Assembly: GCA_002715965.1 (NCBI GenBank)
Contig: PBAL01000059.1
Coordinates: 1 to 41,547, forward strand
Source: Verrucomicrobiales bacterium
GTDB taxonomy: Bacteria > Verrucomicrobiota > Verrucomicrobiia > Limisphaerales > JAYPXF01
Direction of reading: 5' to 3'
DNA: 41,547 nucleotides
Below, in pieces: positions 8,595 to 17,864 of the stretch (positions within the stretch are counted from its first letter, which is position 1; the number at the start of each line of letters is the position of its first letter). The notes below the pieces were generated by a model that was not told the origin of the DNA, made no database searches, and worked only from the letters and a program-made list of their open reading frames with translations. A program made the position numbers and the translations under genes.

Positions 8595-10001
8595 CTACTT
8601 CCCATAAGCGCCGAACCGGAAGCGTTTGATCACCGGCGTCACCCGCGCGTCCAGCATGATCCTCTCCATGCGCCTGGCGATATCCGGCTTCTCTGTTGCA
8701 AGGTCTTTCGATTCCGCATGGTCGCTCTTCAGATTATAAAGTTCCAGTTTCGCATCGGGGTTCTTTCGCAGGTTTTTCTTCACCGCTTTCCAATTGCCCT
8801 GGCGAATTGCGACTTGTCCGCCGTATCCCGCAAAATCCCAGAAGAGGTAATCATGTTTCTTCTGCTTCTTGCCGAGCAGCGCTCGCAGGTAGCTGATGCC
8901 ATCTGTGTTCTTCGCCGGCTTGATTCCAACGATATCGCAGATCGTTGCCATCGCGTCGTAGTGCGCGCTCGCGTGATGGCTCACTGATCCGGCCTTGATC
9001 TTGCCGGGCCATCGGACGAGGAGCGGCACGCGGATGCCACCTTCGTGCACGGAACCCTTCAAACCGCGCAGGCCATTGACGCTGTTGAAGAATTCGAAAT
9101 CCACCTGTCCCTTCAAGAACGTCGTTCCATTATCGGAGGTGAAGAACACGATCGTGTTGTCATCCAGATTGAGTTCCTTGAGCAACGCCATGAGTCGGCC
9201 GATCTGTCTGTCCATGAACGTGATCATGGCCGCATAGGCGGAGCGCGGAGTGGGGTGGGGGAGGTAGCTCTTTCCGGTGTAGGGAGTCTCGGGCCATTCG
9301 CCCTTGTAGGCGTCGATGTCATTTTGAGGGGCTTGGAGCGCGAGGTGGGGAATCACCGTCGGATAGTAAACGAAGAAGGGCTTGTCCTTGTTCGCGTGCA
9401 CGAATTTCAGCATCTCGTCAGCGATGGCTTGAGGACCGTAGGTCTCGCCAGTCAGTCCCCGCGTATTGCCCTTCAACGTGAGTCTCTTCGAATCATCCAC
9501 GAGATACTTCGGAAACAGGTTGTGCGCATGGCGTTGGCAATTGTAGCCGAAGAATCGATCGAAGCCCTGTTTCAACGGATCACCGCTCGAACCAACTTCA
9601 CCCAATCCCCACTTCCCGAACGCGCCCGTCGCGTATCCACGCTCCTTCAAGAGCTCGGCGATCGTCACGTCCTTGTCCCGAATCGGCAATTGGCCACGAT
9701 GCGTTTCCCACGCGCCGATTTCGTAGTTGGTTCGCACGTAGGCGTGGCCACCGTGTTTACCAGTCATGAGGCTGCATCGCGCCGGCGCACAGACTGGTGC
9801 GCTGGTGTAGTGCTGTGTGAAGCGCATTCCCTCGTTGGCGAACATATCCAAGTGTGGCGTTCGAATCTTCTTTTGCCCGTAAGAGCCCAATTCCGCGTAA
9901 CCAAGATCATCCGCCATGATGTAGATGATGTTCGGCAGCTTGGCCGCGGCCGCGGGAAGCGTGAGTAAAACCGTAAGGGCGATGGAACGGAGAAACGTCA
10001 T
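8595..10001 (-). CDS. Secreted sulfatase (type I, formylglycine-dependent; arylsulfatase / N-acetylgalactosamine-6-sulfatase family).
   Basis: There is a signal peptide (MTFLRSIALTVLLTLPAAAA). The N-terminal PNIIYIMADDLGYAELGSYGQ motif is present. The CxPxR formylglycine motif is present (SAPVCAPARCSLMTGKH). Typical sulfatase downstream blocks follow (GKWHLG-like GKWGLGE, and DNGT). Confidence 0.9.
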   Translation of the reverse strand: MTFLRSIALTVLLTLPAAAAKLPNIIYIMADDLGYAELGSYGQKKIRTPHLDMFANEGMRFTQHYTSAPVCAPARCSLMTGKHGGHAYVRTNYEIGAWETHRGQLPIRDKDVTIAELLKERGYATGAFGKWGLGEVGSSGDPLKQGFDRFFGYNCQRHAHNLFPKYLVDDSKRLTLKGNTRGLTGETYGPQAIADEMLKFVHANKDKPFFVYYPTVIPHLALQAPQNDIDAYKGEWPETPYTGKSYLPHPTPRSAYAAMITFMDRQIGRLMALLKELNLDDNTIVFFTSDNGTTFLKGQVDFEFFNSVNGLRGLKGSVHEGGIRVPLLVRWPGKIKAGSVSHHASAHYDAMATICDIVGIKPAKNTDGISYLRALLGKKQKKHDYLFWDFAGYGGQVAIRQGNWKAVKKNLRKNPDAKLELYNLKSDHAESKDLATEKPDIARRMERIMLDARVTPVIKRFRFGAYGK

Positions 10002-10258
10002 GCGCAGAGCATTGGGAAGGATATGAAGCGGTCAAGCGGTTATGTTTTGTCCGCGCGTCGGAAGAAGAGTTGGTGGGGTGGAACTTCTGAGAGCGGGGTT
10101 TGTGAAATTCCCCTGTTGTGGAACGGCTCAGGAGCCCCGTCCACAGCAAGGTCTTTTAGTCCGCCTTTGTCATGCGGCTTGGCGACGATTACCGTAATCC
10201 GAGTGCGTTGTAGAATAGACACGTTCGGCTCAGCGGGAGCTTCGCCCCACCAACCGGG

Positions 10259-11068
10259 ATGTGCTTCTCCGCGGCTCCTTGCAATATCGGCGATGGAAGT
10301 TTGGAATCTGCGTCCGAGAGATTTGGTGTCGTAAGAAGCATCGCCGGGAATATCGATGCGCTCCGTGATGTGGATCAGAAGTTTAAGGAGATGGGGGGCG
10401 ATCGGAGGTATTCGCTGGGCCAGGTCGTTGGCCTTTACCCGTGGGTGAACGAATGTGTGGCTCTGCTACGCGAGGAGAACTGCTTGGCAATGGCACATTA
10501 CGTGGACAGGGAGGTCGTCACTGCGGGGCACTTCATAGGAAATACCACGGCACGTCTCGTAGAGTCTGTGACGTATGCGATGAAATCGCTGTCTTCTGCT
10601 GGGTACGAATATTTCGAGGCAATGTCCATTGAGGCAGTCTTCGATGGTGTCGCCTTCCTTTCAATCAACGAGTTTCGAACGCACTCGCTCTACGACAACG
10701 AGCGGGTCAAAGAGGCGTTCGCGGCATGGCCTCACAAGGTCGTGTTTCACACTTCTTATCTGGAACGTCGTATTATTTGTGAGGATCTGACGACGGGAGA
10801 CCTGGATGAACTGCACCATTTGAGACAAGGAGTTCGGGTGCAAATAACACCGGGTGGAATTGGGAGCGTGAGCGGTGGTTCGATCAACAAGCGCCGTCCG
10901 GTGGCGGTGGTGTATGATAGCGATGAGGAGACTGTAGAGTTTGTGAAGGCGGAATTCGATTTGGAGAGTATCATTTCGCGAATGCCGAGCGATCATCCCG
11001 CGTCGCCCGAGTTCCTGCGGGGCTGGGAGTACGAGTGTTGGCGTGCTGACCCTGCGACACATTGGTGA
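10259..11068 (+). CDS. Hypothetical protein with an uncertain start. Spacing of motifs weakly resembles a degenerate metallophosphoesterase.
   Basis: The ORF is divergent from the sulfatase. Segments IAGNIDAL ... GGDRRYSLGQVVGLYP ... AGHFIGNTT loosely resemble the GDxHG / GDxxDRG / GNHE blocks, but the metal ligands are not conserved. No confident family call is possible from sequence alone. Confidence 0.3.
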   Translation: MCFSAAPCNIGDGSLESASERFGVVRSIAGNIDALRDVDQKFKEMGGDRRYSLGQVVGLYPWVNECVALLREENCLAMAHYVDREVVTAGHFIGNTTARLVESVTYAMKSLSSAGYEYFEAMSIEAVFDGVAFLSINEFRTHSLYDNERVKEAFAAWPHKVVFHTSYLERRIICEDLTTGDLDELHHLRQGVRVQITPGGIGSVSGGSINKRRPVAVVYDSDEETVEFVKAEFDLESIISRMPSDHPASPEFLRGWEYECWRADPATHW

Positions 11069-11081
11069 GCGAACTTGACGG

Positions 11082-12062
11082 GTGAGTTGGAATCGTCATC
11101 GTTTCCACATGAATCGCTTCCATGTTCCTCTGGTTTTGGGTTGTGCCGTTTTGTTGGGCAGTCCTGTACAGGGAGCGAAGTTTGGCACGTTCGATGCCGA
11201 GACGGTTGTATTCCTTGGAGATTCCATCACACACGCGGGTCACTACGTTTCCTTCGTCGAGGCGAGGGTGCGCGAGTTGAACGGCAACAAGGTTCCCCGG
11301 ATCATCAACATGGGATTGCCGAGTGAGACCTGCTCTGGGTTGTCCGAGCCGGATCATCCTTTTCCGCGACCGACGGTGCACGAGCGATTGGATCGGGTGT
11401 TGGCCAAGACGAAGCCGGATTTGGTGTTTGCGTGCTATGGAATGAACGATGGGATCTATTACCCGTTCAGCGAGGAGCGTTTCGCGAAGTACCAGGAGGG
11501 CATACATAAACTGATCCGTAAGGTGAAGGCGACGGGCGCGAAGCTGGTGTTGATCACCCCGCCTCCCTTCGATCCCTTGCCGCTGAAGAAGAAGGGGAAG
11601 CTCTTGCCCGCTGGGAAGAAGAAGTATGCCTGGTTCGAAATTTACGAGGGATACAACGGCGTTCTCGATCGATACGCCGAGTGGCTGAAGAGCCAGGCCT
11701 CGAAAGTTGAGATGGTGATTGATGTGCGCAAGCCGATCGATGCCGCGGTAGCGAACGCGCGCAAGAAGGATCCGGAGTTCACCCTGTCGGGGGACGGTGT
11801 TCACATAGACAAGCGAGGACACGAACTCTTTGCCCGGGCCGTGATGAAGGCATTGGGAATCGGTGTGGGAATCGGTGGTAAGATGCCGGATGCCGGGTTG
11901 TTCAAGTTGGTCGAAGCGCGGCACAAGGTCGCGCACCTGGCTTGGTTGACGCATGCGGGTCACAAACGGCCCGGGCCGAACTCGAAGATCCCCTTCGAAG
12001 ACGCGATGAAGCAGGACGCAGCTATACAGCGGAAGATCACGGCCTGGTTTACGAAGAAATGA
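11082..12062 (+). CDS. Secreted SGNH/GDSL-family hydrolase (lipase/esterase-like).
   Basis: A signal peptide is present (MNRFHVPLVLGCAVLLGSPVQGA). Block I is VVFLGDSITHAG, containing the GDS(L/I) nucleophile motif. Block III is CYGMNDG. Block V is SGDGVHIDKRGHELFA, the DxxH motif. Confidence 0.75.
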   Translation: MSWNRHRFHMNRFHVPLVLGCAVLLGSPVQGAKFGTFDAETVVFLGDSITHAGHYVSFVEARVRELNGNKVPRIINMGLPSETCSGLSEPDHPFPRPTVHERLDRVLAKTKPDLVFACYGMNDGIYYPFSEERFAKYQEGIHKLIRKVKATGAKLVLITPPPFDPLPLKKKGKLLPAGKKKYAWFEIYEGYNGVLDRYAEWLKSQASKVEMVIDVRKPIDAAVANARKKDPEFTLSGDGVHIDKRGHELFARAVMKALGIGVGIGGKMPDAGLFKLVEARHKVAHLAWLTHAGHKRPGPNSKIPFEDAMKQDAAIQRKITAWFTKK

Positions 12063-12069
12063 AACCTCC

Positions 12070-12489
12070 ATGGCGGAAGAGAAAAATATCCTGATTTACG
12101 ACAGCGATTGTTCGCTCTGCACCTTTCAGATGAAGGTGCTCACGTGGCTGGATTGGTTGGAACGAGTCCGTCTCCTGCCGATCAAGGACCCGGAAGCAAA
12201 GGTCGTGGCTCCCACCCTGACGCGGGAAGACTTGTTGGAAGCGATCCATGTGGTGACACCTGCCAACAAGATCCATCGCGGCGCGCGGTGTATTCGCTAT
12301 CTGAGTCTTCGGATGCCGGTCCTGTTTCCAGTGTGGTTGTTCTTGTGGATTCCCGGCGTGATCCGGGTGGCGGAGAAGATTTACCAATGGATTAGCCGGA
12401 ATCGGCACTTGCTGAGCCGGTGGTTTGGCTGTGGCGAAGCTTGTTCAATCATGCCTGCAAAGAAGCGGGACGGGGATGGCTTGGAGTGA
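12070..12489 (+). CDS. DCC-family thiol-disulfide oxidoreductase-like protein (DUF393).
   Basis: The N-terminal LIYDSDCSLCTFQMKVL segment matches the YDGxCxLC signature of the DCC/DUF393 family. Size is about 139 aa. The start is 8 bp after the GDSL hydrolase stop. Confidence 0.55.
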   Translation: MAEEKNILIYDSDCSLCTFQMKVLTWLDWLERVRLLPIKDPEAKVVAPTLTREDLLEAIHVVTPANKIHRGARCIRYLSLRMPVLFPVWLFLWIPGVIRVAEKIYQWISRNRHLLSRWFGCGEACSIMPAKKRDGDGLE

Positions 12490-12601
12490 GGAAACGGTCC
12501 GATCAGTTCGATCGGGCGGATCACTCGCGCTTTCAGACTTGTCGCCCCAATCGGCCGGACTTAAGTTACCGCTCCCTTCGGCTGAGAGGCTGATGCTCGG
12601 A

Positions 12602-12677
12602 GCCAGCGTAGCTCAGTTGGTAGAGCAGTTCATTCGTAATGAACGGGTCACCAGTTCGAGTCTGGTCGCTGGCTCCA
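12602..12677 (+). tRNA. tRNA-Thr, anticodon CGU, 76 nt, with the 3' CCA encoded.
   Basis: The cloverleaf was folded by hand. The acceptor stem is GCCAGCG/CGCUGGC (7/7 Watson-Crick). The D-stem is GCUC/GAGC with loop AGUUGGUA. The anticodon stem is GUUCA/UGAAC with loop UUCGUAA, giving U33, anticodon CGU and A37. The T-stem is ACCAG/CUGGU with loop UUCGAGU. The discriminator is U, followed by CCA. Confidence 0.85.
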
Positions 12678-12738
12678 TTTCCTCTTCTCCACGCTTCAAT
12701 TTTCCTCCGTTTCGGTGAAGTCTCTGCGCACACGTTGC

Positions 12739-14142
12739 ATGTGCCCTCGGACCTTCAGTCTTGCTTCTGTTGTTTGGCTCCTCATCACCTTGCGGGTTGA
12801 TGGGGTGGCCCCTGCTGGGGCGGCAAAGGTGGACATTACCCCCAGGCAGTCGGTCCAATTGGTCAATGTCAAGACGCCGGAACAATCCCAGGGCGTCGGT
12901 CAAAGACTTTATGCCCGGGCGCTTGCGTTGGGTGTGGGCAGGGAAGCAGTCGTGTTGATGAGCTTCGATGGAATCGGTGTTCCAGCTTCGCTTGCCAATG
13001 ATGTTGCACGTCGATTGAAGGATTCACACGGGTTGACTCGTGCGCAGGTATCTGTTTGTGCCACGCACACACATTGGGCGCCTCACCTGACGGATTTGTT
13101 GCCGAACATCTACGGAGGACCATTGCCGAAGGTGCAGCAGAAGCGAGTCGATGCTTATACCAATTGGTTGAAGGACCGGTTGGTGGAAGTATCGCGCCGG
13201 GCCTTGGAGAACCGCAGGCTGTCGGATGTAAGCTGGACGATCGGTCGAGTCGGTTTCGCGGTGAACCGACGATTGGAAACCGGTGGCCAGTTGATTCGGG
13301 ATGAGGAAAAGGGCTTGATGGTGACGTGGAATCCGAACGGGCCGGTGGACCATGACCTGCCAGTGCTGATGGTGCGCGACGCGATCTCTCATGCGTTGAC
13401 GGCGATTCACTTTACCTATGCCTGTCACAACGTCGCCTTGACGGGGGCAACTGCGATCAGTGGCTTTACCAATTCCATCCACGGAGACTGGGCGGGATTG
13501 GCGCAGGAGGAGATCGAGCAACGACATCCGGATTGCGTGGCGATTTGCACGATCGGTTGCGGAGGCGATCAACGTCCGGTGTTTTGTGGTGGCGTTGCAG
13601 TGGCAGAGAAGCATGCCCACGAGATTGCCGACGAGGTGGATCGTTTGTTGGACAAATCCGATTGGCGGGCGGTATCAAGTCCGGTCAAGACGAAGATGGT
13701 TCGTGCCAAGCTTCCGCTGGAGGAACTTCAGCCCCGAGACGATCTGCAAAGATTTGCCGGCGATCAACGACCCAGCGCCAATGTCGCGGCGCGGGCGTTC
13801 CTGGCTCGAGTGCGGCTGGCGCAACCATCCGCGACCCCGGCGGATGTTCCGTTCGTGGTTCAGTCATGGCGGTTTCTCAATGGGCCGGTGATGTTGTTTC
13901 TGAGTGGCGAGGTTTGCATTGATTACCAGTTGCGTATCAAACGCAAGTTTGGCGATGGCGTATGGCCGATAGCGTATGCGAATTCGACTCCGGGCTACAT
14001 CGTGTCGAAGCGTATGTTGGAAAAAGGCGGTTACGAGGCGGGGAATTCGCAGTTCTACTACGGGTGGTTGCGTCCGTTGAAACCCGAGGTTGAAGAGCGG
14101 GTCATGGATGCGGTTGCGGATGCGGTTGAATCTCCAAAGTGA
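12739..14142 (+). CDS. Neutral/alkaline (non-lysosomal) ceramidase-like hydrolase, secreted. The start may alternatively be the GTG at 12715.
   Basis: The N-terminal block AGAAKVDITP ... RLYARALAL ... VVLMSFDG matches the neutral ceramidase N-domain pattern (GxxxxDITGP ... RLYSRAFIV ... VFVSxD). ATHTHWAPH corresponds to the catalytic xTHTHSGP zinc-site motif. A hydrophobic N-terminus is present (SLASVVWLLITL). Confidence 0.5.
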   Translation: MCPRTFSLASVVWLLITLRVDGVAPAGAAKVDITPRQSVQLVNVKTPEQSQGVGQRLYARALALGVGREAVVLMSFDGIGVPASLANDVARRLKDSHGLTRAQVSVCATHTHWAPHLTDLLPNIYGGPLPKVQQKRVDAYTNWLKDRLVEVSRRALENRRLSDVSWTIGRVGFAVNRRLETGGQLIRDEEKGLMVTWNPNGPVDHDLPVLMVRDAISHALTAIHFTYACHNVALTGATAISGFTNSIHGDWAGLAQEEIEQRHPDCVAICTIGCGGDQRPVFCGGVAVAEKHAHEIADEVDRLLDKSDWRAVSSPVKTKMVRAKLPLEELQPRDDLQRFAGDQRPSANVAARAFLARVRLAQPSATPADVPFVVQSWRFLNGPVMLFLSGEVCIDYQLRIKRKFGDGVWPIAYANSTPGYIVSKRMLEKGGYEAGNSQFYYGWLRPLKPEVEERVMDAVADAVESPK

Positions 14143-14211
14143 TCTACAGGGGATTGTGGATTCGACAGGTTTCGTTTTGTTGAATTAGTCTCAGAATCCG
14201 ACTGCCAGACC

Positions 14212-15519
14212 GTGCCGAAGAAATACTGTCCAAATTGCGAGCATGCCATCCTGTATGACGATCAGCAGGAGGGCGAGGAAGCGACGTGTCCGCAATGCTT
14301 GGGGGTGACGATCCTTGATGGGGTGACGGTAGACGGCGGGGAGAGTTACAAGCGGCCGGAACTCCCCTTGGAACAGGAAATTTACGTCGAGGAGGTAATG
14401 CCCCCCCCGCTCCCCAAGTCTGCGGGGAAATCCGCTGACGTGCCACCGCTCCCCGGTCCGCTGCCTGAGGATGTGCCCGCCAAGGAACCTGCTGCGGTTG
14501 CATCGACAGCGGCCCCCGCGAAGAATGATCGTGGTCTTATCATTGGGATTGCGATGACCTTGATGTTGGTCGGAGCGTTCTTCGTTTACATTTTCGTTGA
14601 GGAGATGACCAAGCGGGAACGAAAGGCGCAGCAGGCAAAGCCCGCGCAGCAGGAATCGGTGGTTCAACAAGCGCCACCTACGCAAGCTCGCCCCGCTCCC
14701 GGAAGGCCGGTTGTTCCCGCGGCCAAACGCCCGGCACCGGCGCCACCTGCTCGATTGAACGTGGAGTTTCCGCAATTGCCGGAGACGGTTGCACCTAATC
14801 AGGCAAGGCTGCAGGACCAGCGATATCAGGAGTATGTTCAAGTGGGCTTCATGATGCCGTATCGATTGTTCGGCAACACGGTGGTGGATCTGCGTTCGCT
14901 GAGTTATGCTGTGCGCCATGGTGTCATGAATTTTCCGGACGGATGGAATTTCCTCGCCGCGAAAGTAGAATCAAAACAGACGAGAGCTTTGGTGGCCCGA
15001 TTGGATCCCCAGTATCACGGTGAGGCGCGCCTGGTTTATCTGACCAACGCACCCGGATTGGAATCCCTTCAACTCGAGGCTGACATTGGTGTCTTGGCAA
15101 AGGCGCGAGGGCGTCATCAGGTGCAGGCTGGTGCGGCTGTCGGACCGGTATCAACGATGGACGCCTACGATTTCGGAACCGTTCCCTCGGACCTGATGAT
15201 CGCGCGCGCCCAGGAAGAAGCGACGAAACGCGACGCAGCTCTCCGCGCCGAGCGGGCGAAGGTGATGCAGGCGGCTGCCGACAAGCAACGCAAGGAAGCG
15301 GAGGAGCGGAAGATGGCCAAGGATCGACGTGCCGTGGCGTCGCTGGAACGGAGGATCAAACAGGGATCTTCATCCGCGGAGTACAGCCTTGGCCTGCGCT
15401 ATTTGAATGGGCTAGGTGTCCCGAAGGACAAGGCGAAGGGGATGAAGCTCCTGGAATCGGCGGCGCGCAAGAAGAACACCTTGGCGATTCGTAAGCTGAA
15501 GGAATTGAAGGGAGGGTAG
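14212..15519 (+). CDS. Hypothetical membrane protein: N-terminal CxxC...CxxC zinc ribbon, Pro-rich linker, one TM helix, and a C-terminal Sel1-like repeat.
   Basis: The zinc ribbon is CPNCEHAILYDDQQEGEEATCPQC. The Pro-rich stretch is PPPLPKSAGKSADVPPLPGPLPEDVPAKEPAAV. The TM helix is GLIIGIAMTLMLVGAFFVYIF. A second Pro/Ala-rich stretch follows. The C-terminal SSAEYSLGLRYLNGLGVPKDKAKGMKLLESAARKKNTLAIRKL fits the Sel1 consensus. Confidence 0.5.
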   Translation: MPKKYCPNCEHAILYDDQQEGEEATCPQCLGVTILDGVTVDGGESYKRPELPLEQEIYVEEVMPPPLPKSAGKSADVPPLPGPLPEDVPAKEPAAVASTAAPAKNDRGLIIGIAMTLMLVGAFFVYIFVEEMTKRERKAQQAKPAQQESVVQQAPPTQARPAPGRPVVPAAKRPAPAPPARLNVEFPQLPETVAPNQARLQDQRYQEYVQVGFMMPYRLFGNTVVDLRSLSYAVRHGVMNFPDGWNFLAAKVESKQTRALVARLDPQYHGEARLVYLTNAPGLESLQLEADIGVLAKARGRHQVQAGAAVGPVSTMDAYDFGTVPSDLMIARAQEEATKRDAALRAERAKVMQAAADKQRKEAEERKMAKDRRAVASLERRIKQGSSSAEYSLGLRYLNGLGVPKDKAKGMKLLESAARKKNTLAIRKLKELKGG

Positions 15520-15610
15520 TTGGTGAATGGTTAAAGGGATGAAGGGGCAGGATGCGCGCGACCCATCACGTTCGAAACTGGACCCATTCAACCCATTTAC
15601 CTTTTCACCG

Positions 15611-15639
15611 TTTAACCAATCCCCCCTTTCCCCTAGACT
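15611..15639 (+). promoter_or_regulatory. Candidate sigma70-like promoter for the EPS/exosortase operon: TTTAAC, 17 bp, TAGACT.
   Basis: The hexamers were read directly about 10-40 bp upstream of the GTG start at 15649. This is weak and unverified, and PVC promoter consensus may differ. Confidence 0.15.
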
Positions 15640-15648
15640 CCCGCGCCC

Positions 15649-16839
15649 GTGGCGAGCAAGCCTGCCATCCTGACCGTTGTTGAAAACCTGCCGGTGCCGT
15701 TGGATCGCCGGGTCTGGCAGGAGTCGTGCGCGTTGCGGGATGCGGGCTATGAAGTGGTGGTGATTTGTCCGCAAATGCGCGGCTATACCGAGCCGGAAGA
15801 GGTGATCGATGGCATCCATGTTTATCGCCACTGGATCAGTGACGAGGCGAGTGGGATCGGTGGTTTCATCCGCGAATACGGGTCGGCATTGATTGGCGAA
15901 ATGATGCTCGCGGTGAAGGTGTGGCAACGGCATCGCTTCGAGGTGGTTCATCTCTGCAACCCGCCGGACTTGTTGTGGATGGTTGCCCTGCCGTTCAAGC
16001 TGCTGTTTGGCGTGAAGGTGATCTATGACATTCACGATGTATGGCCGGAGATGTTCGAGGCGAAGTTCGGCCGGCGCGGTTTGTTGTATTGGGCGGTAAG
16101 GATCTTCGAACGCTGCACCTACTTCTGCACAAACATCGCCTTGGCGACAAACGAATCGGTCAAGGCCGTAGCAATGGAGCGTGGAGCGATGCGCGATGAA
16201 TGTGTCTATGTGGTGCGGACCTCACCGAAGATCGTTGCCGCGAATGCAACTGCTGATCCTTCACTACGCAAAGGCAGGAAATATCTCGTGGGTTATGTTG
16301 GCGTGATGGGCAACGCCGATGGTGTGGATCTGCTGTTGCGGGCGATCGCGCATGTCGTGCACGAGCTGAAACGGGACGATGTTCAATTTATGTTGATGGG
16401 AACCGGGCCGGAGTTCGATGAGTTGCAGAGCCTGAGGCGCGATTTGTATTTAGAAGAACACGTGGAAATGCCGGGCCGGGTTTCCGACGAATTCCTTTTC
16501 TCGGTGTTGAAGACCATGGATCTGGGTGTGTCCTCCGATCCGCGCAATGGCTACAACGATCACTGCACGATGAACAAGGTGTTGGAATATATGGCTTTTG
16601 GAAAAGCACAGGTGATGTTTGACCTGACGGAAGGGCGGGCATCAGCGGGGGAAGCATCGGCATACGTGCGGGAGAATGATCCAGCCCAATTGGGCGACGC
16701 CATGGTTGCGTTGTTGGACAATCCCGCAGAAAGAAAGCGGATGGGCATGATCGGGCGTGAACGATTGACGACGCAATTGAACTGGGAGCGTTCGGTGGAC
16801 CAGTTGTTGAAGGCATATCGGGCAGCGTTGAACGGTTGA
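15649..16839 (+). CDS. Family GT4 (GT-B fold) glycosyltransferase with a GTG start.
   Basis: The N-terminal half has the GT4 architecture. The C-terminal half reads VGYVGVMGNADGVDLLLRAI ... MLMGTGPE ... EHVEMPGRVSDEFLFSVLKTMDLGVSSDP ... NKVLEYMAFGKAQVMFD, matching the E-x7-E/EAMA-G-x-P donor-binding region. Its stop overlaps the exosortase start (ATGA at 16836-16839). Confidence 0.8.
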   Translation: MASKPAILTVVENLPVPLDRRVWQESCALRDAGYEVVVICPQMRGYTEPEEVIDGIHVYRHWISDEASGIGGFIREYGSALIGEMMLAVKVWQRHRFEVVHLCNPPDLLWMVALPFKLLFGVKVIYDIHDVWPEMFEAKFGRRGLLYWAVRIFERCTYFCTNIALATNESVKAVAMERGAMRDECVYVVRTSPKIVAANATADPSLRKGRKYLVGYVGVMGNADGVDLLLRAIAHVVHELKRDDVQFMLMGTGPEFDELQSLRRDLYLEEHVEMPGRVSDEFLFSVLKTMDLGVSSDPRNGYNDHCTMNKVLEYMAFGKAQVMFDLTEGRASAGEASAYVRENDPAQLGDAMVALLDNPAERKRMGMIGRERLTTQLNWERSVDQLLKAYRAALNG

Positions 16840-17864
16840 TGAGTGCGGATTCCCAAGGCGTTGCGAACGAGTCGTTGATGGCTGAGATCAGTGCGTTTCT
16901 CTCACGCTTGCCGGATAAGTGTGCGTTTGGTGTTCTGCTGCTGATGTGGGTGGCGCTGTTTCATTTCCTCGGCAACTCGACTCTGGGTTACGTCGATACG
17001 CCGAGCCTCTTTGGTTGGATGGATTATTCGTATTCCAACCGTGCGGATGACGAACACGGCTACTTCGTTCCGCTGTTGGTTCTGCTGATTCTCTGGTGGA
17101 AGAAAGATGAGTTGGAGAGCACGCCCAAGCGTGTCTGGGTGGGAGGATTGTTGCTGCTGTTCATCGCCATTGCGTTGCATCTGGTCGGGTTTCAAGTGCA
17201 ACAGGCACGCATTTCAATCGTTGCCTTCTACTCAGGGATCTACGCATTGATGGGCGTGGTGTGGGGACCGCATTGGTTGCGCGCGACTTTCTTCCCCTGG
17301 TTCCTCTTTGCGTTCGCCGTTCCGCTCGGCGCACTGAGTGACAATTTCAGTCAACCACTTCGAGTTGTGGCAACCGACGTCACAGTGGTGATTGCGAAGA
17401 TCGTGTTGGGTCTGCAGGTGATTCAGGAGGGGACGAGCATTCTGGATCCGGACGGCAAGTATTCTTATGAGGTGTCCGCGGCGTGCAGTGGGTTGAGAAG
17501 TTTGACCGCAGTGTTGGCGTTGTCATTTGTGTTCGGGTTCCTTTGGTTCAAGCAATGGTGGAAGCGCGGCTTCATGGTGTTGATGGCCTTTCCCCTCGCA
17601 GTTGCGAGCAACGTGGTGCGGTTGACGATGATCATCATTGCCGCGGATATATTCGGACAGGAGGCGGGGACCTTCGTGCACGACAATGCGATCCTCAGTT
17701 TGATTCCTTATCTGCCGGCGCTTGCCGGCTTGTTCGTGCTGGGTTGGCTGTTGGATTTGAAGCCGCGTGAGCAACGCGATGACAAGCGGCAAGTCCGCCT
17801 TCGACGCAAACGCAGGAAGCTGAAGGGCCGTTGGCCATACGTGGCGAGGAGGTCGCATGGCTAA
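16836..17864 (+). CDS. Exosortase (Xrt/EpsH family transpeptidase), 342 aa, 8-TM core.
   Basis: The catalytic Cys block is YEVSAACSGLRSLTAVLAL (C-S-G-x-R). The NxxR block is AVASNVVRLTMIII. Multiple TM helices are present. The C-terminus is basic. The gene is translationally coupled to both the upstream GT4 gene and the downstream EpsI gene. Confidence 0.85.
   Translation: MMSADSQGVANESLMAEISAFLSRLPDKCAFGVLLLMWVALFHFLGNSTLGYVDTPSLFGWMDYSYSNRADDEHGYFVPLLVLLILWWKKDELESTPKRVWVGGLLLLFIAIALHLVGFQVQQARISIVAFYSGIYALMGVVWGPHWLRATFFPWFLFAFAVPLGALSDNFSQPLRVVATDVTVVIAKIVLGLQVIQEGTSILDPDGKYSYEVSAACSGLRSLTAVLALSFVFGFLWFKQWWKRGFMVLMAFPLAVASNVVRLTMIIIAADIFGQEAGTFVHDNAILSLIPYLPALAGLFVLGWLLDLKPREQRDDKRQVRLRRKRRKLKGRWPYVARRSHG

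Noticed and set aside
9045-9968. 307-aa + strand ORF inside the sulfatase gene.
   Set aside because: It is antisense to a sulfatase with all signature motifs. Its translated sequence is Arg/Val/Leu-rich with no motif.
10971-12071. 366-aa minus-strand ORF overlapping the GDSL hydrolase gene.
   Set aside because: It is embedded antisense to a gene with signal peptide, GDS, DG and DxxH blocks. Its product is Arg/Leu/Pro-rich junk.
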